Source of the DNA: an uncultured Thermotogae bacterium
GTDB lineage: Bacteria; Bipolaricaulota; Bipolaricaulia; RBG-16-55-9
NCBI GenBank assembly: GCA_964567595.1
Contig: CAZMNF010000007.1
Coordinates: forward strand, 1 to 58,992
Direction of reading: 5' to 3'
Length of the DNA stretch: 58,992 bases
The translations under genes and the position numbers were made by a program. Shown in pieces: positions 45,630-56,484 of the stretch. The stretch's first letter is position 1, and every line of letters begins with the position of its first letter. The notes under the pieces were generated by a model. It was not told the DNA's origin and searched no databases. It saw only the letters and a program-made list of their open reading frames with translations.

Positions 45630-48572
45630 TCAGGGCTCCGCGCGCGTGTCGATGTGGACGACGTTGCCGCAGACGATCGCGTCGTTGCCCGAGGGCACGC
45701 GATACGTGCGCGAGTCGCCATCGATCGGGGTCAGGCGGACGCGAGCGACGTCGTCGCTCGCGTTGCGATAGGTGACGCAGGCTTCGCCGACGACGCGCCG
45801 CCAGGCTTCGGGCGGCTCGAACGTGATCCGCTCGAACTGCACCACGACCAGCTCCGTCGGGCCCTGAACGCGGACGATCACGGGCACCGTGACGGCATCG
45901 ACGGCCGAGAGATCCGGCTCGACGCGAATCGCGCCCCGATGCGTGCCCGGTTGCAGCTCCTCGGCGTCGATCGAGACCTTCAACTCGGAAGTGCCGGACC
46001 CGCTCGAGACGTTGACGTTGATCCACGGCGCTTGCGGTTCGACGCTCCAGCGCAGGGTCCCGCTGCCGGCGTTGCGGATCTGCAGCGTCTGGCTCTGGGG
46101 AGATTCGCCGAGCGAGGTCTCGAAGCGGAGCCGATCGGGCTCGACGCTGATCTCCGGCCCCTGAACGTCAAGGACGACGTCGATACGGAACGGGCTGTTG
46201 GTCGCGGCCTCCGCCTCCAGGACGATCTGCGCTTCATGGCGCCCCGGGGCGAGCCCGCGCACGGTCAGCAACACGCGGATTTCGGACGGCGTTGATCCCG
46301 AGGTGGGGTTGACCGTGAGCCACGAGCTCGTCGTCCGAGCCGTCCAGTCAAGCGAGCCGTCGCCACGGTTGGCGATCGAGATATCTCGGATGGGCGCGCC
46401 CCGATCGCCCACATTGGCCTCGTAGGTTAGTCGATCCTCCGAGACGTCAAAGCTCGGCCGCCCGGTCACCACGAGGCTTGCGCGCCCGCTCGTGGCCTCT
46501 TGGCCCTCGCCGATTACGCGGAATGAGCGCGGGCCAAGCTCAGCCGACCTCGCCACGGAGATTGTGATGGGCAACTCGTTGGCGGTGGCGCCGTCGCGGA
46601 TCGACGCCGTCACGCCATCGCCCTCGAAGGCCACCTCCGAGGCGCTCCTCAGCCCAGTGCCATGGATGGTGGCGTCGATCTCTTGGCCCACGGCAGCTCG
46701 GCCGGGGCTGATGCTTGTCACATTCAGCTCTGATGGATCCAAGGGCAGCGGCCCCATGGAGAGGCCGCCGGCTCCGTAGAGGTTGTCCGCGCCGGGCGCG
46801 CCGAGGTCCTCGGCCCGACGCTTGAGGGCGTCCATGATCTCGTTGGGGGACCCGTCAGGCATTGCCTGCTGCAGAAGCGCTGCGGCGCCGGCGGCATGTG
46901 GGCTCGCCGCGCTCGTGCCCGTAAAGCCCACATTCTGATTGTCGCCCGTCGCGACCCAAGCCCCGAACGCCGTCGTCGAGACGTGGGTCGGCGCGGCCAC
47001 GTCCGGCTTGGTGCGTCCGTCTTTGGTGGGGCCCCGACTGGAGTAGGACAGCAGCGACCCCTCCGGGCAGAGCTCGCCGCAGGCTTCGGGGTCGTGGTGC
47101 TGAGCACCAACCGTCAGGGCGGTCGGGGAGATGGAGGGTTCGAGGATGCTGACGCTGCCGTCGGGGGTGAGATAGTCGAAGTCGCCATCAACGCAGCCTT
47201 CGCAGGACTGGATCAACATGTCCAGTGGCACGTCGGGGGCCTCGGGATCCGTTTTGTTGATGACGACCTGGAACGTTTTCGTCTCGCCGACTTGATCGGC
47301 ATCGAAGCGGAAGACGTTGAAGGCGGACCGGATGGGAATGCCGGGCCGCCAAGTCCAGCTGCCGCGGACGGGGTCGGCCGCCTCGTCCTCCGGGATGATG
47401 CGGACATCGTAAGCACGATCGGCGCCGGTGCAGGGCGCATCCCAGCTCAACGTGAAGTTCAGGATAGCGGCGGCTACGTCCTGCCCGTTTGCTCGGGCTT
47501 CGACCAGTTCGGCATCCACGGTGAAGGTGTTGTCCCCGGCCGTGAAGTTATGCCGGCCGTCGTCATCGGGGTCGTTGTACGTCCCTTGCCAGTGGGCATT
47601 GCCCTCGTTGCCGGCCGAGGAAGCCCACGTGATCCCCGCATCGCGCGCCTTCTGGATGACGGGCTCGAAAATGCCGCCGCCCTTGCGGAAGCAGCCGGAC
47701 GTGAAGCCGAGCGACGTGTTAATGACGTCGACGTCCTGCTCGATCATCCAGTCGACGCTCCGTTCGAACTGGACGTCCGTCTGGAAGTTGCTCAAGGACA
47801 GCTCCGATCGCGGCGCGACGTCGTGAACGATCTCGGCCGTCCCTAAGCCGTGATACTGGCTGACCTCGGGACAATTGGAGCATGCGATGTCCTCGTTCGG
47901 GCGGAACGACCGCGTGGAGACGCTCGGCTCGGCCGGCAACTCGCTTCCCAGTCGCTCGGCGTAGCCCTTAAAGCCGGTGTCGATAACGCCCACACGGACG
48001 CCTTGGCCGTTCAGGCCGATCTCGTGCCACGGGGCAGTGCCGATGGCGTCGAGCCCCTCACTGCGGAACTCGTCCTCGGCATCATTCGCTTGAGCGGTAA
48101 GTTCGGGATCGCGGGGCACGGGCGACATGGGGAAGCGGATAAAGCGCACGTCGCGCTCCTTCGCCAGCTCGGCGATTGTCGACGACGCCAGACGGGCCTG
48201 GATGCGCGAGCGGGCAACGCCCTCGACTTGGCCTCCGCGGTCTGTGATTTGCGAGCGGATTTCGGACACGGCGTCATCGTTACGGACGTCGATCACCACA
48301 CGGAAGCCCTCCGATGTGAGAGCGTCCGTCATGGCAAACGCCCGATGCACGGACGGGTGGAGCACAAGATCGAGGCTCGGTTCAGGGCCCGCCTCGCTCA
48401 TCAGGCGTTCCAGCGAGTTCTGTATCTTGCTCGCCGAGGAGCTCCTGTCGGCTTGTTCAGCCTGCCTTGATGGTTCCGACGAAAGCCCGTCGGCTAGCAA
48501 TGGGTGGGCTCCCACCAGGGAACAGACACTGAGGGCAACGAGGCCGACCGCGATCCTGCAATGACGCCGCAT
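45630..48572 (-). CDS. Secreted S8 subtilisin-like protease with Ig-like/BACON domains
   Basis: Signal peptide; triad GVIDTG, HG and GTSAASP; SAGN; KPD..AP; two BACON-like units (I.N.G.G.L.W...WL.V..SG). Confidence 0.9.
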   Translation of the reverse strand: MRRHCRIAVGLVALSVCSLVGAHPLLADGLSSEPSRQAEQADRSSSASKIQNSLERLMSEAGPEPSLDLVLHPSVHRAFAMTDALTSEGFRVVIDVRNDDAVSEIRSQITDRGGQVEGVARSRIQARLASSTIAELAKERDVRFIRFPMSPVPRDPELTAQANDAEDEFRSEGLDAIGTAPWHEIGLNGQGVRVGVIDTGFKGYAERLGSELPAEPSVSTRSFRPNEDIACSNCPEVSQYHGLGTAEIVHDVAPRSELSLSNFQTDVQFERSVDWMIEQDVDVINTSLGFTSGCFRKGGGIFEPVIQKARDAGITWASSAGNEGNAHWQGTYNDPDDDGRHNFTAGDNTFTVDAELVEARANGQDVAAAILNFTLSWDAPCTGADRAYDVRIIPEDEAADPVRGSWTWRPGIPIRSAFNVFRFDADQVGETKTFQVVINKTDPEAPDVPLDMLIQSCEGCVDGDFDYLTPDGSVSILEPSISPTALTVGAQHHDPEACGELCPEGSLLSYSSRGPTKDGRTKPDVAAPTHVSTTAFGAWVATGDNQNVGFTGTSAASPHAAGAAALLQQAMPDGSPNEIMDALKRRAEDLGAPGADNLYGAGGLSMGPLPLDPSELNVTSISPGRAAVGQEIDATIHGTGLRSASEVAFEGDGVTASIRDGATANELPITISVARSAELGPRSFRVIGEGQEATSGRASLVVTGRPSFDVSEDRLTYEANVGDRGAPIRDISIANRGDGSLDWTARTTSSWLTVNPTSGSTPSEIRVLLTVRGLAPGRHEAQIVLEAEAATNSPFRIDVVLDVQGPEISVEPDRLRFETSLGESPQSQTLQIRNAGSGTLRWSVEPQAPWINVNVSSGSGTSELKVSIDAEELQPGTHRGAIRVEPDLSAVDAVTVPVIVRVQGPTELVVVQFERITFEPPEAWRRVVGEACVTYRNASDDVARVRLTPIDGDSRTYRVPSGNDAIVCGNVVHIDTRAEP

Positions 48573-48915
48573 CCGTCACGCCTCCTGTTGGTTGTGCGTC
48601 GATGTTGGTTTCGCCAAGCATAGCAACGACACCGGGAGGCTTGCCAGATCGCGGCTTTGGCCCGTTGGCCAGTGGGATAACGGATCGGAATCCAATGGGA
48701 CCGACAGCCCGTTCGAGGCGCGAAGAGGGGACCGACGACTCCGGTAATGGCATCGACGATGAGCCCGTCAACCGCTACCCGTGGTTTCTGCCGCAGGGCG
48801 GTGAGATGGTTCGCCAGGAGACGATCATCTACGCCAAGCGCCTTTCGCGCTATGTGGGGCCTTGACCGTGGCTGTGCCCAACACCTAACCTTAGCCGGTT
48901 GCAGGGGGGATTGTT

Positions 48916-49950
48916 ATGTCAACAGCCGAGTTGCCGATGCCTGCGCACTTCGATCCGGCCAGCGTCGAGCGCATCTGGCGCGTGCCGTACGCGCAACGCG
49001 CGGAGGAGGCCGAGGCGTGGGCCCGCGAGCACGCCATCGCGCCCGCGCACCGCGACGGGTTCAAGCTCGCGCTCCTGCTCGTCGACGTACAGAACACGTT
49101 CTGCATCCCCGACTTCGAGCTGTTCGTGGCTGGTCGCTCGGGCAACGGGGCGGTCGAGGACAACGCACGCCTCTGTCGATTCATCTATCGCAACCTCCAT
49201 CGGATTACCCACATCACGCCGACGATGGATACGCACCATGCGATGCAGATCTTCCATCCCATCTTCCTGGTTGATGAGCACGGGGACCACCCGACCCCGC
49301 TCACGCTCGTGACCAAGGCCGACGTGGAGCAGGGCCGATGGCAGTTCAATCCGGACGTTGCCCCGAACTTGGGCATCACGCCTGAAGAGGGCCAGCGCCA
49401 CCTGGAGCACTACGTCGACGAGCTGTCGGCCCGGGAGAAGTACGACTTGACGATCTGGCCCTATCACGTCATGCTCGGCGGAATCAGCCATGCGCTCGTG
49501 CCGGCGGTTGAGGAGGCCGTCTTCTTCCACACCATCGCCCGCATGAGTCAGCCCGACCACGAGATCAAGGGGCTCAACCCGCTGACGGAGCACTATTCCG
49601 TGCTCGGGCCGGAAGTGCGCACGGACCATCGCGGCGATCGGATCGCCGCGAAGAACGATCGGTTCATCCAGAAACTCCGCGATTTCGATGCCGTCGCCAT
49701 CGCGGGTCAGGCGAAAAGCCACTGCGTCGCCTGGACCATCGACGATCTGCTCACCGACCTCGCCGAGACCGACCCCTCCCTCGCCCGCAAGGTCTATCTC
49801 TTGGAGGACTGCACCTCGCCCGTGGTCGTGCCCGGCGTCGTCGACTACACCGACGAAGCCGACGCGGCGTTCGAACGGTTCGCCAATGCTGGGATGCACG
49901 TTGTCCAGTCCACGGATCCGATCGAGGACTGGCCCGGTCTCTCGCGCTGA
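48916..49950 (+). CDS. Isochorismatase/nicotinamidase-family cysteine hydrolase
   Basis: VDVQNTF, DTH, WP.H, KG and catalytic AKSHCV motifs. Confidence 0.85.
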   Translation: MSTAELPMPAHFDPASVERIWRVPYAQRAEEAEAWAREHAIAPAHRDGFKLALLLVDVQNTFCIPDFELFVAGRSGNGAVEDNARLCRFIYRNLHRITHITPTMDTHHAMQIFHPIFLVDEHGDHPTPLTLVTKADVEQGRWQFNPDVAPNLGITPEEGQRHLEHYVDELSAREKYDLTIWPYHVMLGGISHALVPAVEEAVFFHTIARMSQPDHEIKGLNPLTEHYSVLGPEVRTDHRGDRIAAKNDRFIQKLRDFDAVAIAGQAKSHCVAWTIDDLLTDLAETDPSLARKVYLLEDCTSPVVVPGVVDYTDEADAAFERFANAGMHVVQSTDPIEDWPGLSR

Positions 49951-50048
49951 CCCCTCCCCTGGGTCCGAGCCCGCCCACTGTTGACCTCGATCGTTCCCAT
50001 CAGCTACACCTGAGGTATTCATCTCGACGATCAACAAGGGGGCCATCG

Positions 50049-51116
50049 ATGGGGCATCGAGTGCTGGTGATCGGGACGGGCACGATCGGGGAACCGCTGA
50101 TCGGGCTGCTGGGGGGCCTCAAGGACGAGCTCGATTTGGACGAGGTGATCTTCCACAAGAACTCGCCGCTGTTGAACGATCGTCCCAAGATCCGGAACCT
50201 CATCCGACGAGGGGCGGCGTTGGCGGTCAACGGCAAGGCGGCCGAGGACTTCGAAGCGCTCGGCGTCAGCCCGTCGTACGAGAAGGTCGAGGCGATCGAT
50301 CGGGCCGATGTCGTCATCGACTGTACGCCCAAGGGCTGGGGCAACACCAACAAGACCGACTTTTATCAGAACTTCGAGCACAACACGCTCGGGTTCATCG
50401 CTCAGGGGAGCGAGTTCGGCTTCGGCAAGATGTTCGTCCACGGCGTCAACGACGAGGCCCTGGCTCCGGACGAGGATCGCTACATCCAAGTCGTCAGTTG
50501 CAACACGCACAACTTGTCCGTGCTCGTCGACACGATCGGGCTCGCCGACGGCCGCGCCAATCTCCGCTCGGGCCGGTTCGTCTGCATCCGGCGCGCGAAC
50601 GACATCAGCGAGTCGGCCAGCTTCATCCCCTCGCCCAGCGTCAGCGCTCACGACGACGATGCCTTCGGGACGCACCACGCCCGCGACGCCCACCATCTGT
50701 TCCAGACGCTCGGCTTAGACCTCAATCTGTTCTCCTCCGCGCTCAAGGTCAACACGCAGTACATGCACACCGTCTGGTTCGACCTCGACCTGGAGGCGCC
50801 CACCACCCGAGATGCGGTCATCGAAAGCCTGCGCGCCCACCCGCACGTGGCGGTGACGAACCGCAGCGAGCAGAACCTGATCTTCTCCTTCGGTCGCGAT
50901 TACGGGCACTACGGGCGCATCTTGGACAATACCGTCGTCGTCTTGCCGTCGCTCCACGTCGGGCAGAACGGACATCGGGTGACCGGCTTCTGCTTTACCC
51001 CGCAGGACGGCAATTCGCTCCTGTCGAGCCTGGCGGCGACGCTGTGGTTCATCGACCCGGCCACGTATCGGGACCAACTCGAGGTCGTGGCCCCGTACAT
51101 GTTCGACGAGGTCTGA
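50049..51116 (+). CDS. Archaeal-type (class II) glyceraldehyde-3-phosphate dehydrogenase homolog
   Basis: G.GTIG, DVVIDCTP.G, AQGSE, VVSCNT, RRA.D, THH..D and K..T..MH parallel class II GAPDH motifs. Confidence 0.7.
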   Translation: MGHRVLVIGTGTIGEPLIGLLGGLKDELDLDEVIFHKNSPLLNDRPKIRNLIRRGAALAVNGKAAEDFEALGVSPSYEKVEAIDRADVVIDCTPKGWGNTNKTDFYQNFEHNTLGFIAQGSEFGFGKMFVHGVNDEALAPDEDRYIQVVSCNTHNLSVLVDTIGLADGRANLRSGRFVCIRRANDISESASFIPSPSVSAHDDDAFGTHHARDAHHLFQTLGLDLNLFSSALKVNTQYMHTVWFDLDLEAPTTRDAVIESLRAHPHVAVTNRSEQNLIFSFGRDYGHYGRILDNTVVVLPSLHVGQNGHRVTGFCFTPQDGNSLLSSLAATLWFIDPATYRDQLEVVAPYMFDEV

Positions 51117-51221
51117 CGCCGCCAAACTTGCTTAGAGACCCGAAATTCCTTATCATCAAAGCATTGCGGTGGTGCCAGTCTTTCGCCCGAGTCAGGGGAT
51201 GAGTTGGGAGGAACATGATCT

Positions 51222-53642
51222 ATGAGCCGTATTGAGCGAACCGCCATCGAATCGGAGATGCGCCAGAGCTACATCAACTACGCCATGAGCGTGATCCGGG
51301 GGCGAGCCATCCCGGACGCGCGGGACGGGTTGAAGCCTGTCCAACGGCGCATCCTCTACGCCATGGATCAACTCGGCCTGACGTCGAACCGATCGCATCG
51401 CAAATGCGCCCGCATCGTCGGTGAGACGATGGGTAAGTATCACCCGCACGGCGACCAGGCGATCTACGATACGCTCGTCAACATGGCCCAGACCTTCAGC
51501 TATCGCTACCCCCTGATCGACGGCCAGGGCAACTTCGGCAGCCTCGACGGCGACGAGGCGGCCGCGATGCGCTACACCGAGGCCCGCCTCTCCGCCATCA
51601 CCGAGGAGTTCCTCGCCGAGATCAACGAGGAGACCGTCGACTTCCAGACCAACTTCGACGACGCTCTGGAGGAGCCGGTCGTCCTGCCCGCCAAAGTCCC
51701 CAACCTGCTCTTGAACGGCGCATGGGGCATCTCCGTCGGGATGACGACCCAGATCCCGCCGCACAATCTGGCCGAGCTGATCGACGCCACGGTCCACCTC
51801 ATCGAGCACCCCGACGCCGACTGGAGCGAGCTGAAGCAGTTCATCAAGGGCCCGGATCTGCCCACGGGCGGCATGATCCTCGGCGAGGAGGGCATTGACG
51901 CGGCCTACCGCACGGGCGAAGGCAAGATCCGCGTGCGCGGCAAGGCCGACGTCGAGGACGACCGCATCATCGTCACGGAGATTCCCTTCCAGGTGCGCAA
52001 GTCGACGATCGTGGAAGCGATCGCCAACAAGGTGCGCTCCGGCGACATCGACGAGGTCACGGATCTCCGCGACGAGTCCGACCAGGATGGACTTCGCATC
52101 GTCGTGGAACTGAAGCAGACGGCCAATCCGCAAGTCGCGCTCAACAAGATTTTCCGCTATACGCCGCTGGAGTGGACGTTCGGCGCCAACTTCCTCGTGA
52201 TCATCGACGGCAACCCGCGCAAACTCTCGCTCAAAGAGCTTTTGGGCGCATTCCTCGCGCACCGGCGCGACGTCGTCACGCGACGGACGCAGTATCGCTT
52301 GCGCATCGCCGAGCAGCGTGCCCACATCCTGGAAGGCCTGCGCGTTGCGTTGGCCAACCAGGAGGCGATCATCGAGCTGATTCGCAATGCCGACGACGCC
52401 CAGTCCGCCATGACGCGGCTGCAGGCCGACTACGACCTCAGCGAGGATCAAGCGAGCGCGATCCTGAGCATGCGGCTGCGCCAGCTCACCAGCCTGGAGC
52501 GCGACAAGATTGAGACCGAATACCAGGAGAAGCTCGAGCTCATCCGAGAATACCGGGAAATCCTCGCCAGCAACGACAAGCTCGACGGGCTCATCGAACA
52601 GGAGCTGCTCGACATCAAGGAGCGCTACGGCGACGAGCGCCGCACCCAGATTCTCACCGAAGACCAGGGCGACGAGTGGGACTACACGCCCGAGTCCTTC
52701 GTCCCCGATCAGGACGTGCTGGTGAGCATCTCCACCAAGGGCTACGCGAACGCTCCCCGCGAGGACGTCATCCGCCGACAGGGGCGCGGCGGCAAGGGCG
52801 TCATCGCCATGCGGCTGCGCGAGGGTGACGTTTTCAAGCACATTTTCAGTTGCAATGCCCGCGACGACCTCTGGATCTTTACGACCGCGCACAAGTGCTA
52901 CAAGCTGAAGGCCTATCGCCTGCCGTCCGCGCGGCGCGACTCCAAGGGCGAGAACTTGCGCAACCTGATCGGCATGGCGCCCGAGGAACAGGTCGTCGCG
53001 CTGGTGCCGCACCCGGCCGAGGACTCGGACCGGCAATACTGCGTTCTGGCGACGAAGGGCGGCATCGTCAACCGCAACGTGATCGAGGACTACGTCAACG
53101 CCCACACCAACGGCATCGCCGCGATCAACGCCGTTGACGGCGACCAGATCGTCGACGTCGCGCTCACGACGGGCTCGAGCGAGATGATGCTGGCCAGCGC
53201 CCAAGGGCAGGCAATTCGCTTCAGCGAGGACCAGGCCCGTCTGACGGGGCGGCCCTCCAAGGGCGTGATCGGCATGAAGTTGGAGGGCGAGGACGAGATC
53301 GTCGACCTGACGCCGCTGCCAGCGGACGCCACCGAGGACAAGCTGCTCATCGTCACGGAGAACGGCTACGGCAAGCGGACGCCCATTGAACAGTTCCCGA
53401 CGCAGAACCGCTCGGGGAAGGGCGTGCTCGGCCTCAAGACGAACGAGAAGACGGGCAACGTCGTCGCCATGGGCCGCGTTCACGACGACGACGAGGTCAT
53501 GATCACGACGCTGCAGGGCAAGATCATCCGCATCTCGGCCAGCGACGTTCGGGTTGTCAGTCGCTACGCCCGCGGCGTCAAGGTGATCAGCGTGGACGAC
53601 GACGACCGGGTCGTGTCGATCGTCCGCCACAGTCGCGAGTAG
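51222..53642 (+). CDS. gyrA: DNA gyrase subunit A
   Basis: [22 protein letters not shown], GyrA-box QGRGGKG and CTD blades. Confidence 0.96.
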   Translation: MSRIERTAIESEMRQSYINYAMSVIRGRAIPDARDGLKPVQRRILYAMDQLGLTSNRSHRKCARIVGETMGKYHPHGDQAIYDTLVNMAQTFSYRYPLIDGQGNFGSLDGDEAAAMRYTEARLSAITEEFLAEINEETVDFQTNFDDALEEPVVLPAKVPNLLLNGAWGISVGMTTQIPPHNLAELIDATVHLIEHPDADWSELKQFIKGPDLPTGGMILGEEGIDAAYRTGEGKIRVRGKADVEDDRIIVTEIPFQVRKSTIVEAIANKVRSGDIDEVTDLRDESDQDGLRIVVELKQTANPQVALNKIFRYTPLEWTFGANFLVIIDGNPRKLSLKELLGAFLAHRRDVVTRRTQYRLRIAEQRAHILEGLRVALANQEAIIELIRNADDAQSAMTRLQADYDLSEDQASAILSMRLRQLTSLERDKIETEYQEKLELIREYREILASNDKLDGLIEQELLDIKERYGDERRTQILTEDQGDEWDYTPESFVPDQDVLVSISTKGYANAPREDVIRRQGRGGKGVIAMRLREGDVFKHIFSCNARDDLWIFTTAHKCYKLKAYRLPSARRDSKGENLRNLIGMAPEEQVVALVPHPAEDSDRQYCVLATKGGIVNRNVIEDYVNAHTNGIAAINAVDGDQIVDVALTTGSSEMMLASAQGQAIRFSEDQARLTGRPSKGVIGMKLEGEDEIVDLTPLPADATEDKLLIVTENGYGKRTPIEQFPTQNRSGKGVLGLKTNEKTGNVVAMGRVHDDDEVMITTLQGKIIRISASDVRVVSRYARGVKVISVDDDDRVVSIVRHSRE

Positions 53643-53660
53643 AGTGTCGATCGGCGAGCC

Positions 53661-54869
53661 ATGAAACCCGCACACGAACAGCTGGCGATCATCAAGCAGC
53701 GGGCCGTGGAGATCATCCCCGAAGACGACCTCCACCGGAAGCTGGAACGGGCCGTCGAGACGGAGGAGCCCCTGCGCGTCAAGCTCGGCGTTGACCCGAC
53801 CGCCCCCAACATCCACGTCGGCATCGGCGTCGTCCTGGAGAAACTGCGGGACTTTCAGGATCTCGGCCACACGGCCGTGCTGATCGTCGGCGACTTCACC
53901 GCGCGCATCGGCGATCCGTCCGGCCGCGACACGACGCGTCCCATCCTGACGTTCAACGAGATCCAGCGGAACATGGAGACCTACAAGGAACAGGCCTTCG
54001 AGATTCTAGACCCGGACAGGACCGAGATCCACTACAACTCCAAGTGGCTGGAGCCGATGTCGTTTGAGGACATTATGGACCTGACGTCCAAATACACGGT
54101 GGCTCGCATGCTGGAGCGCGATGACTTCCACAAGCGCTACCAGGAGGGCCAGGCGATCACGATGTTGGAATTTTTGTATCCGTTGGCCCAGGCGTACGAC
54201 TCGGTGGCGATCGACGCCGACGTCGAGCTGGGCGGCACGGATCAGCGCTTCAATCTGCTCGTGGGGCGCGAAATCCAGGAGCGCTTCGCTCAGGATGCCC
54301 AGGTGGCGCTGCTGATGCCACTTTTGGAGGGAACCGACGGCGTCAAGAAGATGAGCAAGTCCCACGGCAACACGGTCGGCATCACTGAGGACGCGGCCGA
54401 GATCTACGGCAAGCTGATGTCGATCCCGGACGACATGCTGGAGCGCTACACGACGCTGTTGACTGAACTGGATTACGAGGCCCTCAGGAACGACCATCCC
54501 ATGGAGCAGAAGAAACGGCTCGCCCACGCCGTCGTCGCCAAGTACTATCCGAAAGCCGACGCGGACCGCGCGGCCGAGGAGTTCGAGCGCGTCTTCGGCC
54601 AGGGCGAGCGCCCGGACGACGTCCCGCAAGTGACGCTCGATGCGGCCGATCTCGGGGAGAACGGCCGGCTCTGGATCGTCGAGCTCCTGGATCGGGCGGG
54701 CTTGGTGGAGAGTCGGTCCGAAGCCCGTCGGCTCGTGCAGCAGGGAGCCGTGGAGTACGATGGCGAACGGATTGAGGGCGTCGACGCGCAGATCGAGCTG
54801 AAGCCAGGGGGCCTGTTGAAAGTTGGCAAGCGCCGCTTTGCGGAGATCCATGTGGAGGGATCGGGATAG
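53661..54869 (+). CDS. tyrS: Tyrosine--tRNA ligase
   Basis: G.DPTAP, GDFTA.IGDPSG, YPL.QAYD, GGTDQ.FN, KMSKS and a C-terminal S4 domain. Confidence 0.97.
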   Translation: MKPAHEQLAIIKQRAVEIIPEDDLHRKLERAVETEEPLRVKLGVDPTAPNIHVGIGVVLEKLRDFQDLGHTAVLIVGDFTARIGDPSGRDTTRPILTFNEIQRNMETYKEQAFEILDPDRTEIHYNSKWLEPMSFEDIMDLTSKYTVARMLERDDFHKRYQEGQAITMLEFLYPLAQAYDSVAIDADVELGGTDQRFNLLVGREIQERFAQDAQVALLMPLLEGTDGVKKMSKSHGNTVGITEDAAEIYGKLMSIPDDMLERYTTLLTELDYEALRNDHPMEQKKRLAHAVVAKYYPKADADRAAEEFERVFGQGERPDDVPQVTLDAADLGENGRLWIVELLDRAGLVESRSEARRLVQQGAVEYDGERIEGVDAQIELKPGGLLKVGKRRFAEIHVEGSG

Positions 54870-54870
54870 C

Positions 54871-55293
54871 ATGAGCGACTGCATCTTCTGCGCCATTGCC
54901 CGACACGACCAACAGGCGCACACGATCGACGAGGACGAGCACAGCGTGGCGTTTCTCGACCTGCATCCGCTGAAGGACGGCCATACGCTGGTGATCCCCA
55001 AGGCCCACTACGAGCGTCTTGAGGACGTTCCGCCCGATCAGACGGGCCCGCTGTTTGCCGCCGTTCAGCGGGCGACCCAAGCCGTGCAGTCGGCCATGGA
55101 CGCCCCCGCGACGACGGTCGGAATCCACAACGGGTCAGAGGCCGGCCAAGCCGTGCCGCATCTCCACGTGCACGTTATCCCGCGCCATCCCGGCGACGGC
55201 GGTGGCACGCTGCACAACGTCGTTCACGGCAAGGCCGAGGAGAGCCTGGATGCGGTGCGCGATCACCTCGTTCGGGCGATCGACGCCCTCTGA
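54871..55293 (+). CDS. HIT-family nucleotide hydrolase
   Basis: DCIFC, GHTLVIPK.H and AGQ.VPHLHVHVIPR motifs. Confidence 0.93.
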   Translation: MSDCIFCAIARHDQQAHTIDEDEHSVAFLDLHPLKDGHTLVIPKAHYERLEDVPPDQTGPLFAAVQRATQAVQSAMDAPATTVGIHNGSEAGQAVPHLHVHVIPRHPGDGGGTLHNVVHGKAEESLDAVRDHLVRAIDAL

Positions 55294-55444
55294 ACGCTCG
55301 CCAAGCGGGCGGAGCACAAGGGATGGCCGCCCGAGTTCCGGGCTTATCAGCAAGCGGTTCCACGAGGGGCCCAGCCACGGGGCGGGCTCGATTGCTGGGG
55401 CCTCCCACAGTTTTTAGGATGGCCTATCTTTAGGGAGGGATTCG

Positions 55445-56359
55445 ATGCTCAAATGGATTCTGATCGTCGGCCTCGCGCTCCTGGCGATTCTCAGCTTCGT
55501 GCTGATCCAGGGGCCGCTGTCGACGGGGCCGTCGCCGGCGCCATCCGACTCGCCGGCGGAGCAGACTGAGGAGAGCCAGGACTCGGAGGCGTCCGAGTCG
55601 GCTGAGTCGTCCGAGTCGTCTGATTCATCCAATGAGGGCGATCAGCAGCAGGCAGACCGACAAGAGCCGAGCCAGCAGGCTCGCGACATCATGCAGCAGG
55701 CGCGGCAGGCCCAAGGCGGCCTGAGCGCGTTGCAGGATCTGAACGGCTATCACCTTCGGGCCACCAGCACGGCCCAACAACGCGGGCAGACGTTTTCGCT
55801 GCAGACCGAAACCTGGGTCCAGCTTCCGAACCAATTCCGCCAGAGCACGCAAGTCAGCATTCAGGATCAGACGATCAACAGCCTGACGGTCTGGAACGGC
55901 CAGGACGGTTGGGTGCGCCAGCAGGGCCAAGTCCAACAGCTCCAGGGCAACCAGATCGGCTCGATCCAGCAGAATCTCTATCTCGATCCGCTCCACGTGG
56001 TGCTGTTCACGGCCCGCGACGACTTCACCTACGCCTATCAAGGCACCGAGACCGCCAACGGGACCGAGGCCCACGCCATGGAGATCCAGACGCCCCAAGA
56101 TCAGACCGTGACGTATTACTTCGACACGGAAAGCTTCCTGCCGATCCAGCGGACGCGATCGGCCCAGGGGAGCACCGTGCGGACGGTCTTCAGCGACTAC
56201 CAGCGCCAGGATGGCTACGCGTTCCCGTTCACCCAACGGACGTTCCTGAACGGTGACCTGGCCCAAGAGCAGAGCGTGGAGGACGTCGAGGTCAACCCGA
56301 GCTTCGAACCCGACCTCTTCCAGAAACCCCAGACCGACAGCCAACAGTCCGGTCAGTAG
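55445..56359 (+). CDS. Exported Gln-rich protein, LolA-like/sorting-fold candidate
   Basis: N-terminal signal/anchor, Ser/Glu linker, A.GG, YYFD.E..L, FSDY...G..FP and VN......F..P motifs. Confidence 0.65.
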   Translation: MLKWILIVGLALLAILSFVLIQGPLSTGPSPAPSDSPAEQTEESQDSEASESAESSESSDSSNEGDQQQADRQEPSQQARDIMQQARQAQGGLSALQDLNGYHLRATSTAQQRGQTFSLQTETWVQLPNQFRQSTQVSIQDQTINSLTVWNGQDGWVRQQGQVQQLQGNQIGSIQQNLYLDPLHVVLFTARDDFTYAYQGTETANGTEAHAMEIQTPQDQTVTYYFDTESFLPIQRTRSAQGSTVRTVFSDYQRQDGYAFPFTQRTFLNGDLAQEQSVEDVEVNPSFEPDLFQKPQTDSQQSGQ

Positions 56360-56484
56360 ACGGAGCGTAACGCTTCCGGCAACGCTGTTTCCGATCGAGA
56401 GTGACGGGAGCCCTCGGACCCGGTCCGAGGGCTCTGCTCATTGGGCCTGATCCGCTCGGCGTCCGTCCGCTTCCTGGGCTGATT

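Noticed and set aside
48695-48865. Possible 56-aa ORF upstream of the cysteine hydrolase
   Set aside because: Weak RBS and no recognisable motif; cannot be supported without homologs.
55344-55415. Terminator or ncRNA after the HIT gene
   Set aside because: The CCCAGC/GCTGGG stem has a long irregular loop and is separated from the T-run; too weak to call.
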